From Enterobacteria phage vB_EcoM_IME339: a stretch of DNA of 64,000 nt. The notes beneath the pieces were generated by a model that did not search any database, was not told the origin of the DNA, and saw only the letters and a list, made by a program, of their open reading frames with translations. The stretch is taken from the sequence record MH051915, one strand, 5' to 3'. Position numbers and translations under genes: made by a program. Below are positions 10,689 to 20,116 of the stretch, one piece after another (position 1 is the stretch's first letter; each line of letters starts with the position of its first letter).

Positions 10689-11548
10689 AGCCAACTATTT
10701 TGACTGATATTGATGGAGTATGTTTAAGCTGGCAATCAGGCCTTCCTTATTTTGCTCAGAAATATAATCTTCCATTAGAACATATTTTAAAAATGATCCA
10801 AGATGAGAAATTTATTTCTCCAGGTAAACTCTTTAATTGTGACGAAGAACTTGGCGTCAAGTTAATTGAAAAATACAATCGTTCAGATTTTATTCGTTAT
10901 TTGTCTCCGTATAAAGATGCCCTGTGTGTAATTAACAAATTAAAAGAAGATTATAATTTTGTAGCTGTTACAGCATTGGGTGATTCTATTGACGCTCTGT
11001 TGAATCGTCAATTTAATTTGAATGCTCTTTTTCCTGGTGCCTTCTCAGAAGTAATGATGTGTGGTCATGATTCTTCAAAAGAAGAGTTATTCAAAAAGGC
11101 AAAAGAGAAATATAACGTAATTTGTTATATTGACGATCTCGCTCACCACTGCGACCATGCGAGTGAAATATTAAATGTTCCGGTTTATTGGATGGCTCGA
11201 GGAGAGCGTGATAAAATTCCAAAAACTGCGCAGCGAGTTTATACATGGAATGATGTAGAAAATAAGCTTTTTTCACCAAAGGAAAATAAAGAAAGTTTTG
11301 ATAGTGAAAAAGCTATAAAAGATGTAATTGAGAAGATGGTTAAAAACGATTCTTTTCGTTGGAACACTACCTGGAGAACTCCTGGATTTAATCCGTATAA
11401 TCCATATTATACACATCCATATAATCCATATTATACACACCCGTATCATATGAATCCATTCCATACGTGGAGTTATACCAAGCCTGGCGATGCAGGGTAT
11501 TTTAATAGATTTACTAGTGGTGATAATATTTTCCAAGGAGCATTCTAA
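10685..11548 (+). CDS. HAD-superfamily hydrolase-like protein with C-terminal Pro/Tyr/His-rich repeat tail, 287 aa
   Basis: N-terminal motif I ILTDIDGV (DxDG), later CYIDDLAHHCD; C-terminus NPYNPYYTHPYNPYYTHPYHMNPFHTW. Confidence 0.65.
   Translation: MKPTILTDIDGVCLSWQSGLPYFAQKYNLPLEHILKMIQDEKFISPGKLFNCDEELGVKLIEKYNRSDFIRYLSPYKDALCVINKLKEDYNFVAVTALGDSIDALLNRQFNLNALFPGAFSEVMMCGHDSSKEELFKKAKEKYNVICYIDDLAHHCDHASEILNVPVYWMARGERDKIPKTAQRVYTWNDVENKLFSPKENKESFDSEKAIKDVIEKMVKNDSFRWNTTWRTPGFNPYNPYYTHPYNPYYTHPYHMNPFHTWSYTKPGDAGYFNRFTSGDNIFQGAF
11401..11448 (+). repeat. Imperfect 24-bp tandem direct repeat (2 copies) encoding the PYNPYYTH repeat
   Basis: tccatattatacacatccatataa / tccatattatacacacccgtatca. 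Confidence 0.6.
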
Positions 11549-11817
11549 TGTTTGTCGTTCACACTATTTATGAAAATGAAGGTAATACTACGCGTGATTA
11601 CGGTCACGTAAATCAATTTTTTAGATGCAATCCAGAGTTCCGAGCTCAAAAGGATGAACGAATTTTTAAAAAATGTGTAGAGCAAGGTTTCATTTATATC
11701 AAGCACTGGATGCAAGGAAATAAAGTTAGAACTACATATCATAGGTCTTTAACTGAGCTTAATGATGAATTGATTTATAATAGAGCTGTAAATCAAACTC
11801 TGAAGGATGAACAATGA
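11548..11817 (+). CDS. Hypothetical protein, 89 aa
   Basis: ORF with AAGGAG SD immediately upstream of ligase. Confidence 0.55.
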   Translation: MFVVHTIYENEGNTTRDYGHVNQFFRCNPEFRAQKDERIFKKCVEQGFIYIKHWMQGNKVRTTYHRSLTELNDELIYNRAVNQTLKDEQ

Positions 11818-13277
11818 TTCTTAAAATTCTGAATGAAATAGCATCTATTGGATCAACTAAGCAGAAGCAAGCAATTCTTGAAAAGAATAAAGATAATGAA
11901 TTGCTTAAACGAGTATATCGTCTGACTTATTCTCGTGGGTTACAGTATTATATCAAGAAATGGCCTAAACCTGGTATTGCTACCCAGAGTTTTGGAATGC
12001 TGACTATTACCGATATGCTTGACTTCATTGAATTCACGTTAGCTACTCGGAAATTGACTGGAAATGCTGCAATTGAGGAATTAACTGGATATATCACTGA
12101 TGGTAAAAAGGATGATGTTGAAGTTTTGCGTCGAGTTATGATGCGAGACCTTGAATGTGGTGCTTCAGTATCTATTGCAAACAAAGTTTGGCCAGGTTTA
12201 ATTCCTGAACAACCTCAAATGCTAGCAAGTTCTTATGATGAAAAAGGCATTAATAAGAATATCAAGTTTCCAGCTTTTGCACAGCTAAAAGCAGATGGAG
12301 CTCGGTGTTTTGCTGAAGTTCGAGGTGATGAATTAGATGATGTTCGTCTTTTATCACGAGCTGGTAATGAATATCTAGGATTAGATCTTCTTAAGGAAGA
12401 GTTAATCAAAATGACTGCTGAAGCCCGCCAGATTCATCCAGAAGGTGTGTTAATTGATGGCGAATTGGTATACCATGAGCAAGTTAAAAAGGAACCAGAA
12501 GGCCTAGATTTTCTTTTTGATGCTTATCCTGAAATTAGTAAAGCTAAAGAATTCGCCGAAGTAGCGGAATCTCGTACTGCTTCTAATGGAATCGCCAATA
12601 AATCCTTAAAAGGAACCATTTCTGAAAAAGAAGCTCAATGCATGAAGTTTCAGGTCTGGGATTATGTCCCGTTGGTAGAAATATACGGTCTTCCGGCATT
12701 TCGTTTAAAATATGATGTACGTTTTTCTAAACTAGAACAAATGACATCAGGATATGATAAAGTAATTTTAATTGAAAACCAAGTAGTAAATAACCTAGAT
12801 GAAGCTAAGGTAATTTATAAAAAGTATATTGACCAAGGTCTCGAAGGTATTATTCTCAAAAATACCGATGGATTGTGGGAAAATGCTCGTTCAAAAAATC
12901 TCTATAAATTTAAAGAAGTAATTGATGTTGATTTAAAAATTGTAGGAATTTATCCTCACCGTAAAGACCCTACTAAAGCGGGTGGGTTTATTCTTGAATC
13001 AGAGTGTGGAAAAATTAAAGTAAATGCAGGTTCAGGCTTAAAAGATAAAGCCGGTGTAAAATCGCATGAACTTGACCGTACTCGCATTATGGAAAACCAA
13101 AATTATTATATTGGAAAAATTCTAGAGTGCGAATGCAACGGTTGGTTAAAATCTGATGGCCGCACTGATTACGTTAAATTATTTCTTCCGATTGCGATTC
13201 GTTTGCGTGAAGATAAAACTAAAGCTAATACATTCGAAGATGTATTTGGTGATTTTCATGAGGTAACTGGTCTATGA
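11814..13277 (+). CDS. 30: ATP-dependent DNA ligase (gp30), 487 aa
   Basis: Translation MILKILNEIASIGSTKQKQAILEKNKDNELLKRVYRL... recognised as T4 DNA ligase; contains adenylation-site KADGAR (motif I). Confidence 0.95.
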   Translation: MILKILNEIASIGSTKQKQAILEKNKDNELLKRVYRLTYSRGLQYYIKKWPKPGIATQSFGMLTITDMLDFIEFTLATRKLTGNAAIEELTGYITDGKKDDVEVLRRVMMRDLECGASVSIANKVWPGLIPEQPQMLASSYDEKGINKNIKFPAFAQLKADGARCFAEVRGDELDDVRLLSRAGNEYLGLDLLKEELIKMTAEARQIHPEGVLIDGELVYHEQVKKEPEGLDFLFDAYPEISKAKEFAEVAESRTASNGIANKSLKGTISEKEAQCMKFQVWDYVPLVEIYGLPAFRLKYDVRFSKLEQMTSGYDKVILIENQVVNNLDEAKVIYKKYIDQGLEGIILKNTDGLWENARSKNLYKFKEVIDVDLKIVGIYPHRKDPTKAGGFILESECGKIKVNAGSGLKDKAGVKSHELDRTRIMENQNYYIGKILECECNGWLKSDGRTDYVKLFLPIAIRLREDKTKANTFEDVFGDFHEVTGL

Positions 13278-13462
13278 AAGCTTACTTAGAAACAATTGTC
13301 GTTGCTCAAAAAGAAGGTGGAGATGTTTCTACTTCTGTATCACAAATTATGATTGAATTTATAGATGCATATGCTTATAATAAATTCACAGAAACATTTG
13401 ATGCCTATGAAAAAGGTCCAAAGTTTGAAATATACCGTACTCTCTTACCAATAGATTATTAA
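13274..13462 (+). CDS. Hypothetical protein, 62 aa
   Basis: ATG overlaps ligase stop (ATGA); followed by terminator hairpin. Confidence 0.5.
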   Translation: MKAYLETIVVAQKEGGDVSTSVSQIMIEFIDAYAYNKFTETFDAYEKGPKFEIYRTLLPIDY

Positions 13463-13482
13463 AGGCCTTCGGGCCTTTAATT
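13462..13482 (+). terminator. Stem-loop AAGGCCTTCGGGCCTT with T-rich tail
   Basis: Perfect stem with TTCG loop followed by TAATTTTAT. Confidence 0.6.
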
Positions 13483-13483
13483 T

Positions 13484-13491
13484 TATAAATA
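13484..13491 (+). promoter_or_regulatory. Late-promoter motif TATAAATA upstream of alt
   Basis: Exact octamer about 25 nt upstream of the alt ATG, consistent with late expression of a packaged protein. Confidence 0.5.
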
Positions 13492-13514
13492 GAATAAACA
13501 CTAGAGAGGATATG

Positions 13515-15608
13515 ATGGAACTCATTACAGAATTATTTGACGAAGATACTACTCTTCCGATTACAAACTTAAATCCAAAGAAGAAAATACCACAAATTTT
13601 TTCAGTTCATGTTGATGACGCAATTGAACAACCAGGCTTTCGTTTATGTACCTATACATCTGGAGGTGATACTAACCGTGATCTAAAGATGGGCGATAAA
13701 ATGATGCATATTGTTCCTTTTACATTAACTGCTAAAGGTTCAATTGCTAAATTAAAAGGTCTCGGTCCAAGCCCAATTAATTATATCAATTCAGTTTTTA
13801 CTGTTGCGATGCAGACGATGCGTCAGTATAAAATTGATGCCTGTATGCTCCGTATTCTTAAGTCTAAAACTGCTGGTCAAGCTCGTCAAATTCAACTTAT
13901 TGCTGATAGACTTATCCGTAGTCGCTCAGGCGGCAGATACGTCCTTCTTAAGGAACTTTGGGATTACGATAAAAAGTATGCATATATTCTTATACATCGC
14001 AAAAATGTATCACTAGAAGACATTCCAGGAGTTCCGGAAATTAGTACCGAGCTCTTTACTAAAGTTGAATCGAAGGTCGGTGATGTTTATATCAATAAAG
14101 ATACTGGAGCTCAAGTAACTAAAAATGAGGCAATTGCTGCATCTATTGCGCAAGAAAATGATAAACGTTCTGACCAAGCTGTAATCGTTAAAGTTAAAAT
14201 TTCCCGTAGAGCAATTGCACAAAGTCAATCATTAGAATCTTCTAGATTTGAAAGTGAATTATTCCAGAAGTATGAATCTACCGCAGCTAATTTCAATAAA
14301 CCTGCTACCGCTCCTTTAATTCCCGAAGCGGAAGAAATGAAACTTGGAATTAATTCAATAGCTTCTAAAACTAAGGCAGCAAAAATCATTGCCGAAGGAA
14401 CTGCAGATGAACTTCACTATGATTATAAATTCTTTTCAAAAAGTGAGGTTAATGAAGTTTCTGAAAAAATTAAAGATGTAATTCTTAATGCGATTAAAAA
14501 TGAACCAACTACTTCAATAAAATGTTTAGAGAAATACGCAGCAGCTGTTAATCAATTCTTTGAAGAATATAAAGATAATTGGCTTGATAAACATAATAAA
14601 ACTCGTAAAGGGCAGCCAGATGAAGTCTGGGAAGAAATAACTAAAAATTCCTGGAATGCAGCAAAAACTAAATTCCTTAAAAGAATGATTTATAGCTTTT
14701 CTGGAATTGGTGCAGGTCCAATGATTGATATTACTATTGCCCGTGATGGTTCTAAATATACTCCATCACAAAAGCGCGGCATTAGAGAGTATTGTGGTTC
14801 AGGATATACTGACATCAATAATCTTCTTTTGGGTCGTTACAATCCAGAACGATATGATGTAATGAGTGAAAAAGAAATTGAATCTGCTATAAATAACTTA
14901 GATTCAGCTTTTGAAAATGGCGACCGTATACCAGAAGGCATTACAGTTTATCGTGCTCAAAGCATGACTGCTCCTATATACGAAGCATTAGTTAAAAATA
15001 AAGTATTCTATTTCAGAAATTTTGTATCTACTTCTTTAACTCCTATCATTTTTGGACGTTTTGGAATTACGCATGCTGGTATTGGTCTTTTAGAACCAGA
15101 AGCTCGTAATGAATTGACAGTTGATAAAAATGAAGAAGGAATAACTATTAATCCAAACGAAATAAGAGCGTATAAAGAAAATCCTGAATACGTTAAAGTT
15201 CAAATAGGATGGGCAATTGATGGAGCTCATAAAGTTAATGTTGTATATCCAGGAAGTCTCGGAATAGCAACAGAAGCTGAAGTTATTCTACCACGCGGAT
15301 TGATGGTCAAAGTTAATAAAATAACTGATGCTTCTAATAACGATGGAACAACATCTAATAATACAAAACTCATTCAAGCTGAAGTTATGACTACGGAAGA
15401 ACTCACCGAATCGGTAATTTATGACGGTGACCGTCTAATGGAAACTGGTGAAGTAGTTGCAATGACAGGTGATATTGAAATAGAAGACAGAGTTGACTTT
15501 GCATCATTTGTTTCATCAAATGTTAAACAAAAAGTAGAATCATCTCTTGGAATTATTGCGTCTTGCATAGATATTACAAACATGCCTTACAAGTTCGTTC
15601 AAGGATAA
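13515..15608 (+). CDS. alt: Alt-type mono-ADP-ribosyltransferase (packaged internal head protein), 697 aa
   Basis: N-terminus MELITELFD; C-terminal R-S-E ART signature (YRAQS, FVSTSL, EAEVILPRG); located next to ligase as in T4. Confidence 0.88.
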   Translation: MELITELFDEDTTLPITNLNPKKKIPQIFSVHVDDAIEQPGFRLCTYTSGGDTNRDLKMGDKMMHIVPFTLTAKGSIAKLKGLGPSPINYINSVFTVAMQTMRQYKIDACMLRILKSKTAGQARQIQLIADRLIRSRSGGRYVLLKELWDYDKKYAYILIHRKNVSLEDIPGVPEISTELFTKVESKVGDVYINKDTGAQVTKNEAIAASIAQENDKRSDQAVIVKVKISRRAIAQSQSLESSRFESELFQKYESTAANFNKPATAPLIPEAEEMKLGINSIASKTKAAKIIAEGTADELHYDYKFFSKSEVNEVSEKIKDVILNAIKNEPTTSIKCLEKYAAAVNQFFEEYKDNWLDKHNKTRKGQPDEVWEEITKNSWNAAKTKFLKRMIYSFSGIGAGPMIDITIARDGSKYTPSQKRGIREYCGSGYTDINNLLLGRYNPERYDVMSEKEIESAINNLDSAFENGDRIPEGITVYRAQSMTAPIYEALVKNKVFYFRNFVSTSLTPIIFGRFGITHAGIGLLEPEARNELTVDKNEEGITINPNEIRAYKENPEYVKVQIGWAIDGAHKVNVVYPGSLGIATEAEVILPRGLMVKVNKITDASNNDGTTSNNTKLIQAEVMTTEELTESVIYDGDRLMETGEVVAMTGDIEIEDRVDFASFVSSNVKQKVESSLGIIASCIDITNMPYKFVQG

Positions 15609-15611
15609 ATC

Positions 15612-17669
15612 ATGGAACTTATTACAGAATTATTTGACGGCGCTTCGGCGCCGGTTGTTAACTTAAATCCTAAGCATAAAATACCTCAAATTTTTGCTAT
15701 TCAAGCTGGTGAAGAAAGCGTGCTTCCTGGATTTAGATTTTGTACATACACCTCTGGCGGTGATACAAATAAAAACGTTAAGCCAGGCGATAAAATGATG
15801 CATATCGTAATGATAGGTGTTAATGAGAAACTATCATTAGTTAAACTTAAAAACTTGGGTGGAAATCCAATTGGTGTCATTAATGCGGTTTTTGATACTG
15901 CTCTTCAAACAATGAAACAGTATAAAATTGATGCATGCTTATTCCGCGTACTAAAAAGTAAAACAAATGGCGCTGCTCGTCAAATGCAAGTTATTGCTGA
16001 CCGTTTAGTACGTACTAAAGGAGCAGGTCGATATGTTCTTTTAAAGGAAATCTGGGATTATGATAAAAAGTATGCATATATTATGGTTTACCGTAAAAAT
16101 GCCAATTTAGAAGACATTCCAGGTGTACCTCCTATTTCAACTGAGTTATTCACAAAAGTTGAATCAAAGGTTGGTGATGTTTATGTAGATGTTAAAACAG
16201 GTAATGCTGTTCCTAAAGCTGTTGCTGTTGCTGCTTCTATTGCTTTAGAAAATGATAAGCGCACGGATCAAGCTGTTATTCAGAAAACTAAAATTAGTCG
16301 TCGATTAGCAGCACAAGCTCAATATTCTACTGTCGATGCTTCACTACAGGGTGATAGCTTCGCTGCCAAGAAATATCAAGAGTTTGAATCTAAAGTTCCG
16401 GTATATAAAGCAGAAGGACCAATGAACTCTGGCGTTATTCAGATTGGTTCAAACTTCGGCAAAGGAGCTATCGGTGGTATGAGAAGTGCTTCTCGTTTTA
16501 AATCTAACGATTATGAACTAGAAAGCTTCCGAAATCATATTGCATTGGCCCATGCACGTTTACGTGATCCGTCTATCAGGCTGCAGAGCGATATAACACA
16601 TCAAGGTTCTCAAGAATATTTAAAGAATAAAGAATTCTTTGATTATAAAACCGATAAAATTTTGAGCGATCTCGCTGACATTAATATTTCTAATAGCTTT
16701 GATGTTATTAAGAAAATTATCAATGATTTAGTTAAAGGTTCTAAAGCCACGCCAGATGAAAAGGTAGCTATTATTCAATTTGTCATGAATGGCATTTATA
16801 AATTGATTAATGAATCTGCTGCTCAGGCATATGAATACGCAAGCACCGAAGTAACTCCAAAAGGACTGACTCAGGCTGAGTCTAATGTAATTGAAGATTA
16901 TTGTGCAGATTCATATGTTGAAATGAACTCGTTCCTCTTGGGTAAACCAGATTCTACCCGTGAAGAATACATGGAACGAGCTATTAAACACATCGAGACG
17001 CTGGATTCTGCATTCGCCAAAGGATCAGTTCTTCCTCCAGGAACTACGCTTTATCGTGGACAAGAAGTTACTTTTAAAACTTTACGCCATAATATTGAAA
17101 ATAAAATGTTCTATTTCAAGAACTTCGTATCAACATCGCTTAAACCAAATATCTTCGGTGAGCATGGTAAAAACTATATGGCTCTAGATGATTCCGGCGC
17201 AGTATTTTCTGGTGAAGGAGAAGGTTCTGTTGATGCTGAAGATTTAATGCATATGGGTAGTCATTCTGCATATGCTAATGAAGATGCTGAAACTAGCGTA
17301 GGTATGGTAATTAAAGGGGCTGAGCGAATCAAAGTTATCGTTCCAGGTCATTTATCAGGATTTCCATCAGAAGCTGAAGTTATTCTACCGCGTGGAATTT
17401 TGTTGAAGATTAATAAAGTAAGCACGTATATGATGAAAGAAACTGCTTATAACAAGTATCTAATCGAAGGCACAATCGTTCCTCCTTCTGAACAATTAGA
17501 AGAATCGGTATATGATGGCGATCATCTAATGGAAACTGGCGAAGTTCGTCCAATGGCTGGGTTTAATCAATTCCTTGTAGAAGAATCAAAAGAAGAGGAA
17601 AACGAAGTTTCTCAAATCTTGGCTTCTTTGGTTAACATCAACGGAATGTCTAAAAAGTTCAAGATGTAG
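15612..17669 (+). CDS. Second Alt-type ADP-ribosyltransferase paralogue, 685 aa
   Basis: Starts 3 nt after alt stop; N-terminus MELITELFD; high similarity over first ~225 aa, divergent centre, conserved ART motifs (YRGQE, FVSTSL, EAEVILPRG). Confidence 0.85.
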   Translation: MELITELFDGASAPVVNLNPKHKIPQIFAIQAGEESVLPGFRFCTYTSGGDTNKNVKPGDKMMHIVMIGVNEKLSLVKLKNLGGNPIGVINAVFDTALQTMKQYKIDACLFRVLKSKTNGAARQMQVIADRLVRTKGAGRYVLLKEIWDYDKKYAYIMVYRKNANLEDIPGVPPISTELFTKVESKVGDVYVDVKTGNAVPKAVAVAASIALENDKRTDQAVIQKTKISRRLAAQAQYSTVDASLQGDSFAAKKYQEFESKVPVYKAEGPMNSGVIQIGSNFGKGAIGGMRSASRFKSNDYELESFRNHIALAHARLRDPSIRLQSDITHQGSQEYLKNKEFFDYKTDKILSDLADINISNSFDVIKKIINDLVKGSKATPDEKVAIIQFVMNGIYKLINESAAQAYEYASTEVTPKGLTQAESNVIEDYCADSYVEMNSFLLGKPDSTREEYMERAIKHIETLDSAFAKGSVLPPGTTLYRGQEVTFKTLRHNIENKMFYFKNFVSTSLKPNIFGEHGKNYMALDDSGAVFSGEGEGSVDAEDLMHMGSHSAYANEDAETSVGMVIKGAERIKVIVPGHLSGFPSEAEVILPRGILLKINKVSTYMMKETAYNKYLIEGTIVPPSEQLEESVYDGDHLMETGEVRPMAGFNQFLVEESKEEENEVSQILASLVNINGMSKKFKM

Positions 17670-17722
17670 TTTACAAGTCCCTCGTGTTGTGTTATAGTAA
17701 TTTTACTGACATAACATGAGGA
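17669..17722 (+). promoter_or_regulatory. Early promoter plus leader and SD; copy 2 of the 54-bp perfect repeat
   Basis: Identical to 1891-1944; precedes ORF 17730. Confidence 0.6.
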
Positions 17723-17729
17723 ACACAAA

Positions 17730-18020
17730 ATGAAATCTTCTTTACGCTTTTTAGGTCAAGAACTTGTAGTTGAAGGCGTTATTCCTGCTGATAACGCTTT
17801 TAATGAAGCAGTTTATGATGAATTTATCAAAATTTTTGGAACAGATAAAAAGTTCGGAATTTTTCCTTCTGAAAATTTTTCAAAGCCAGAACAGACTGAA
17901 AGCATTTTCCAAGGTGTAGTAACAGGCAAATTTGAGTCAGAAGCTCCGGTAAAAATTGAAGTTTATATTGAAGACAGTTTAGTTGCTTCAGTTGCTGCTT
18001 TTATTTCATTCCGTAAATAA
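17730..18020 (+). CDS. Hypothetical protein, 96 aa
   Basis: ORF with GAGGAA SD from the repeated leader. Confidence 0.6.
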   Translation: MKSSLRFLGQELVVEGVIPADNAFNEAVYDEFIKIFGTDKKFGIFPSENFSKPEQTESIFQGVVTGKFESEAPVKIEVYIEDSLVASVAAFISFRK

Positions 18021-18026
18021 AAATAT

Positions 18027-18044
18027 GGGGACCTTTCGGTCCCC
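18027..18044. terminator. Bidirectional terminator hairpin GGGGACCTTTCGGTCCCC between convergent genes
   Basis: Perfect stem; T-rich tracts on both strands; sits between convergent ORF 17730 (+) and gene 54 (-). Confidence 0.7.
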
Positions 18045-18048
18045 ATTG

Positions 18049-19014
18049 TTATATTGCTCCTAATATTTTACTTTGCGAATTGACAATTCCTGTCATAGTA
18101 TTAATGTTTGAAATACTTCCAGCAGTTCCCCCTAATCTACTAAGTCGTGAAAGCGAATTAGATAATCCAGTAACACCTCCACTATTTCCGAGAACGCTTT
18201 GAATGCCATTTATAGCAGCAGATTCAAGCCACTCAAGCGCAGCTTGTCTATCAACCGACCCAGCCTGCATGACTCTATACGCAAAAGTAACATCAAATGT
18301 AGTTATTTGGTTATCTCCATCATATGATAACTCAGGAGCGCTCACTGACACTGGAATGCATCCGGTGAACATCACCGCAGTATGAGGTAATCCATTACGA
18401 GCATGAAGATTAACCTGAATATCTGCCTCGACATCTTGTGGCAAAGCACGCAGTCCAGTTACTGGGTCTTGAACAGCGTTAACCCAGTCTTGCATCGCAC
18501 GATAGTTACAAGCTTCTGAATCCATTCTAAATGAAATAACCAAAGGGTCCAATTCTCTCCCAGTTATACGAATATTAGGAGAGTTATAGTTCCAGTCAGT
18601 TTCATAGGATAATCTATTCTCTGGCATTTTTACAGAATATATCATCAATCCAGATGAATTATATGCCATATTAAAGAAATCAATTAAATATGTACCAACT
18701 GTAAATGAGCCCAATAAACTTTGAACTGTACGTTGACTCATGGCACCAATAAGATATTTACTAACCCCTGATTTTCTTATCAGTTTTTGTGTGCCAGCGG
18801 TAATTAGCGTGGTAATTCCCTGATTAATATCGCCTTGAGTCAATCCTAACCAATCTGAATTTAGGCCCAAGTTATTATAAGAAAAGTTGCTAATTGAACT
18901 TATCAACGAAGAGCTTTTAGTTGATGGAGTTGTCGCAAAAACACAGCTAAACATATTATTACGTTGGAAATCTGCGTTTATTGCTTGATTATTAAATTCC
19001 TCTAAAGAATACAT
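18049..19014 (-). CDS. 54: Baseplate tail tube initiator gp54
   Basis: Length and position in the conserved 54-48-29-28-27-51 order. Confidence 0.9.
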   Translation of the reverse strand: MYSLEEFNNQAINADFQRNNMFSCVFATTPSTKSSSLISSISNFSYNNLGLNSDWLGLTQGDINQGITTLITAGTQKLIRKSGVSKYLIGAMSQRTVQSLLGSFTVGTYLIDFFNMAYNSSGLMIYSVKMPENRLSYETDWNYNSPNIRITGRELDPLVISFRMDSEACNYRAMQDWVNAVQDPVTGLRALPQDVEADIQVNLHARNGLPHTAVMFTGCIPVSVSAPELSYDGDNQITTFDVTFAYRVMQAGSVDRQAALEWLESAAINGIQSVLGNSGGVTGLSNSLSRLSRLGGTAGSISNINTMTGIVNSQSKILGAI

Positions 19015-20108
19015 TAAAAAGTCCCCGCATATAAAGAAGCACGGTTTAACGTGATAATTTCTCTCATAGTAATCTCAAGAGTAAATGTACTAGGGAGGTT
19101 TGGAGCAATAGCTAATCCGTTAAAGTTACCATTAGGTGTTTTATCAAATCTGATGCTCTGTATTTGGCATGGGCCAAATATTTCCGTTTTTCCATCAAAC
19201 TTAGATGTTGCACCAAAGTTTTTCACCATCCAAATTGTCGGGTTTGAAACCACTAGAACGTTAGTTAAGCTCGATGTCATTTTCTCAAATAGTGTTTTAT
19301 TTTTAGCTGCATCTTCCGGAGATAAAGGTTCAATTAACGTAGAACGATACCAATCATCTAAATACCCCTTTATTTCAGCAGCATATTGAGATTTACCAGT
19401 TTCACCATAAGAAAAATAGTTAAAATATTGATAGATATTGATAATAGCCATTAAATCTTCTGTTGAACGTGGAGTCAAATCCCATGTAAACACTTTAGTT
19501 CTATTCTCAGCACCACCATACATACTTCTGGCTGTCGTATAAATCTGTTCATTATTATCAGCCATTATACCCTGTGTTATACTTTCCAGTGCCCCAAATA
19601 CTGCAGTTGAAGCAATATTACTTAACACACCAGTAGCAGTACCTCCGCCTCTGCTGATAAGACTTTCTTGAACATCATTAAATCTGTGTGATGATGTATC
19701 AACATCAGATTTAGATCTCGGTAAAAGAATGTTTGCGACAGGAGCTTTACTTATTGTTCCTGAATTGTTATTTGATATTAATCCATTTGATAGTTTTGAT
19801 ACTGTACTACTAATAGTGTTTCTAGCTGTACTTAAAATACTCGAAGATGAAGAAGAGTAGTTAGATCTCATCGATCTAAGACTTCCAGAATCCCTAGATG
19901 ACATATTGTATGCAGTAAATAATAATCCATTCTTATATAGATCTGTTACCTGGAAGTCCCCTGTAGTGTCATTACCACTAGCACGCCCAGTTGGAAACTG
20001 GGCAGTGTATGTTTTAGTTGCTACTTCTGATTTAGTACTCTGTCCGGCTGAAATTTTCTCACCAGACTTTTTAATTAAATCAGCAGTTATTTCTTTAACA
20101 ATTGCCAT
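19014..20108 (-). CDS. 48: Baseplate tail tube cap gp48
   Basis: Length 364 aa and synteny. Confidence 0.9.
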   Translation of the reverse strand: MAIVKEITADLIKKSGEKISAGQSTKSEVATKTYTAQFPTGRASGNDTTGDFQVTDLYKNGLLFTAYNMSSRDSGSLRSMRSNYSSSSSSILSTARNTISSTVSKLSNGLISNNNSGTISKAPVANILLPRSKSDVDTSSHRFNDVQESLISRGGGTATGVLSNIASTAVFGALESITQGIMADNNEQIYTTARSMYGGAENRTKVFTWDLTPRSTEDLMAIINIYQYFNYFSYGETGKSQYAAEIKGYLDDWYRSTLIEPLSPEDAAKNKTLFEKMTSSLTNVLVVSNPTIWMVKNFGATSKFDGKTEIFGPCQIQSIRFDKTPNGNFNGLAIAPNLPSTFTLEITMREIITLNRASLYAGTF

Positions 20109-20116
20109 ATTATTCC

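Noticed and set aside
11273-11536. - strand ORF with WIIWMCIIWIIRIK repeats
   Set aside because: Antisense reading of the 24-bp tandem repeat inside the HAD-like gene; no independent support.
13512-13514. First of two adjacent ATG codons as the alt start
   Set aside because: The SD GAGAGGA ends 1 nt before it; the second ATG (13515) has better spacing and gives the MELITELFD N-terminus.
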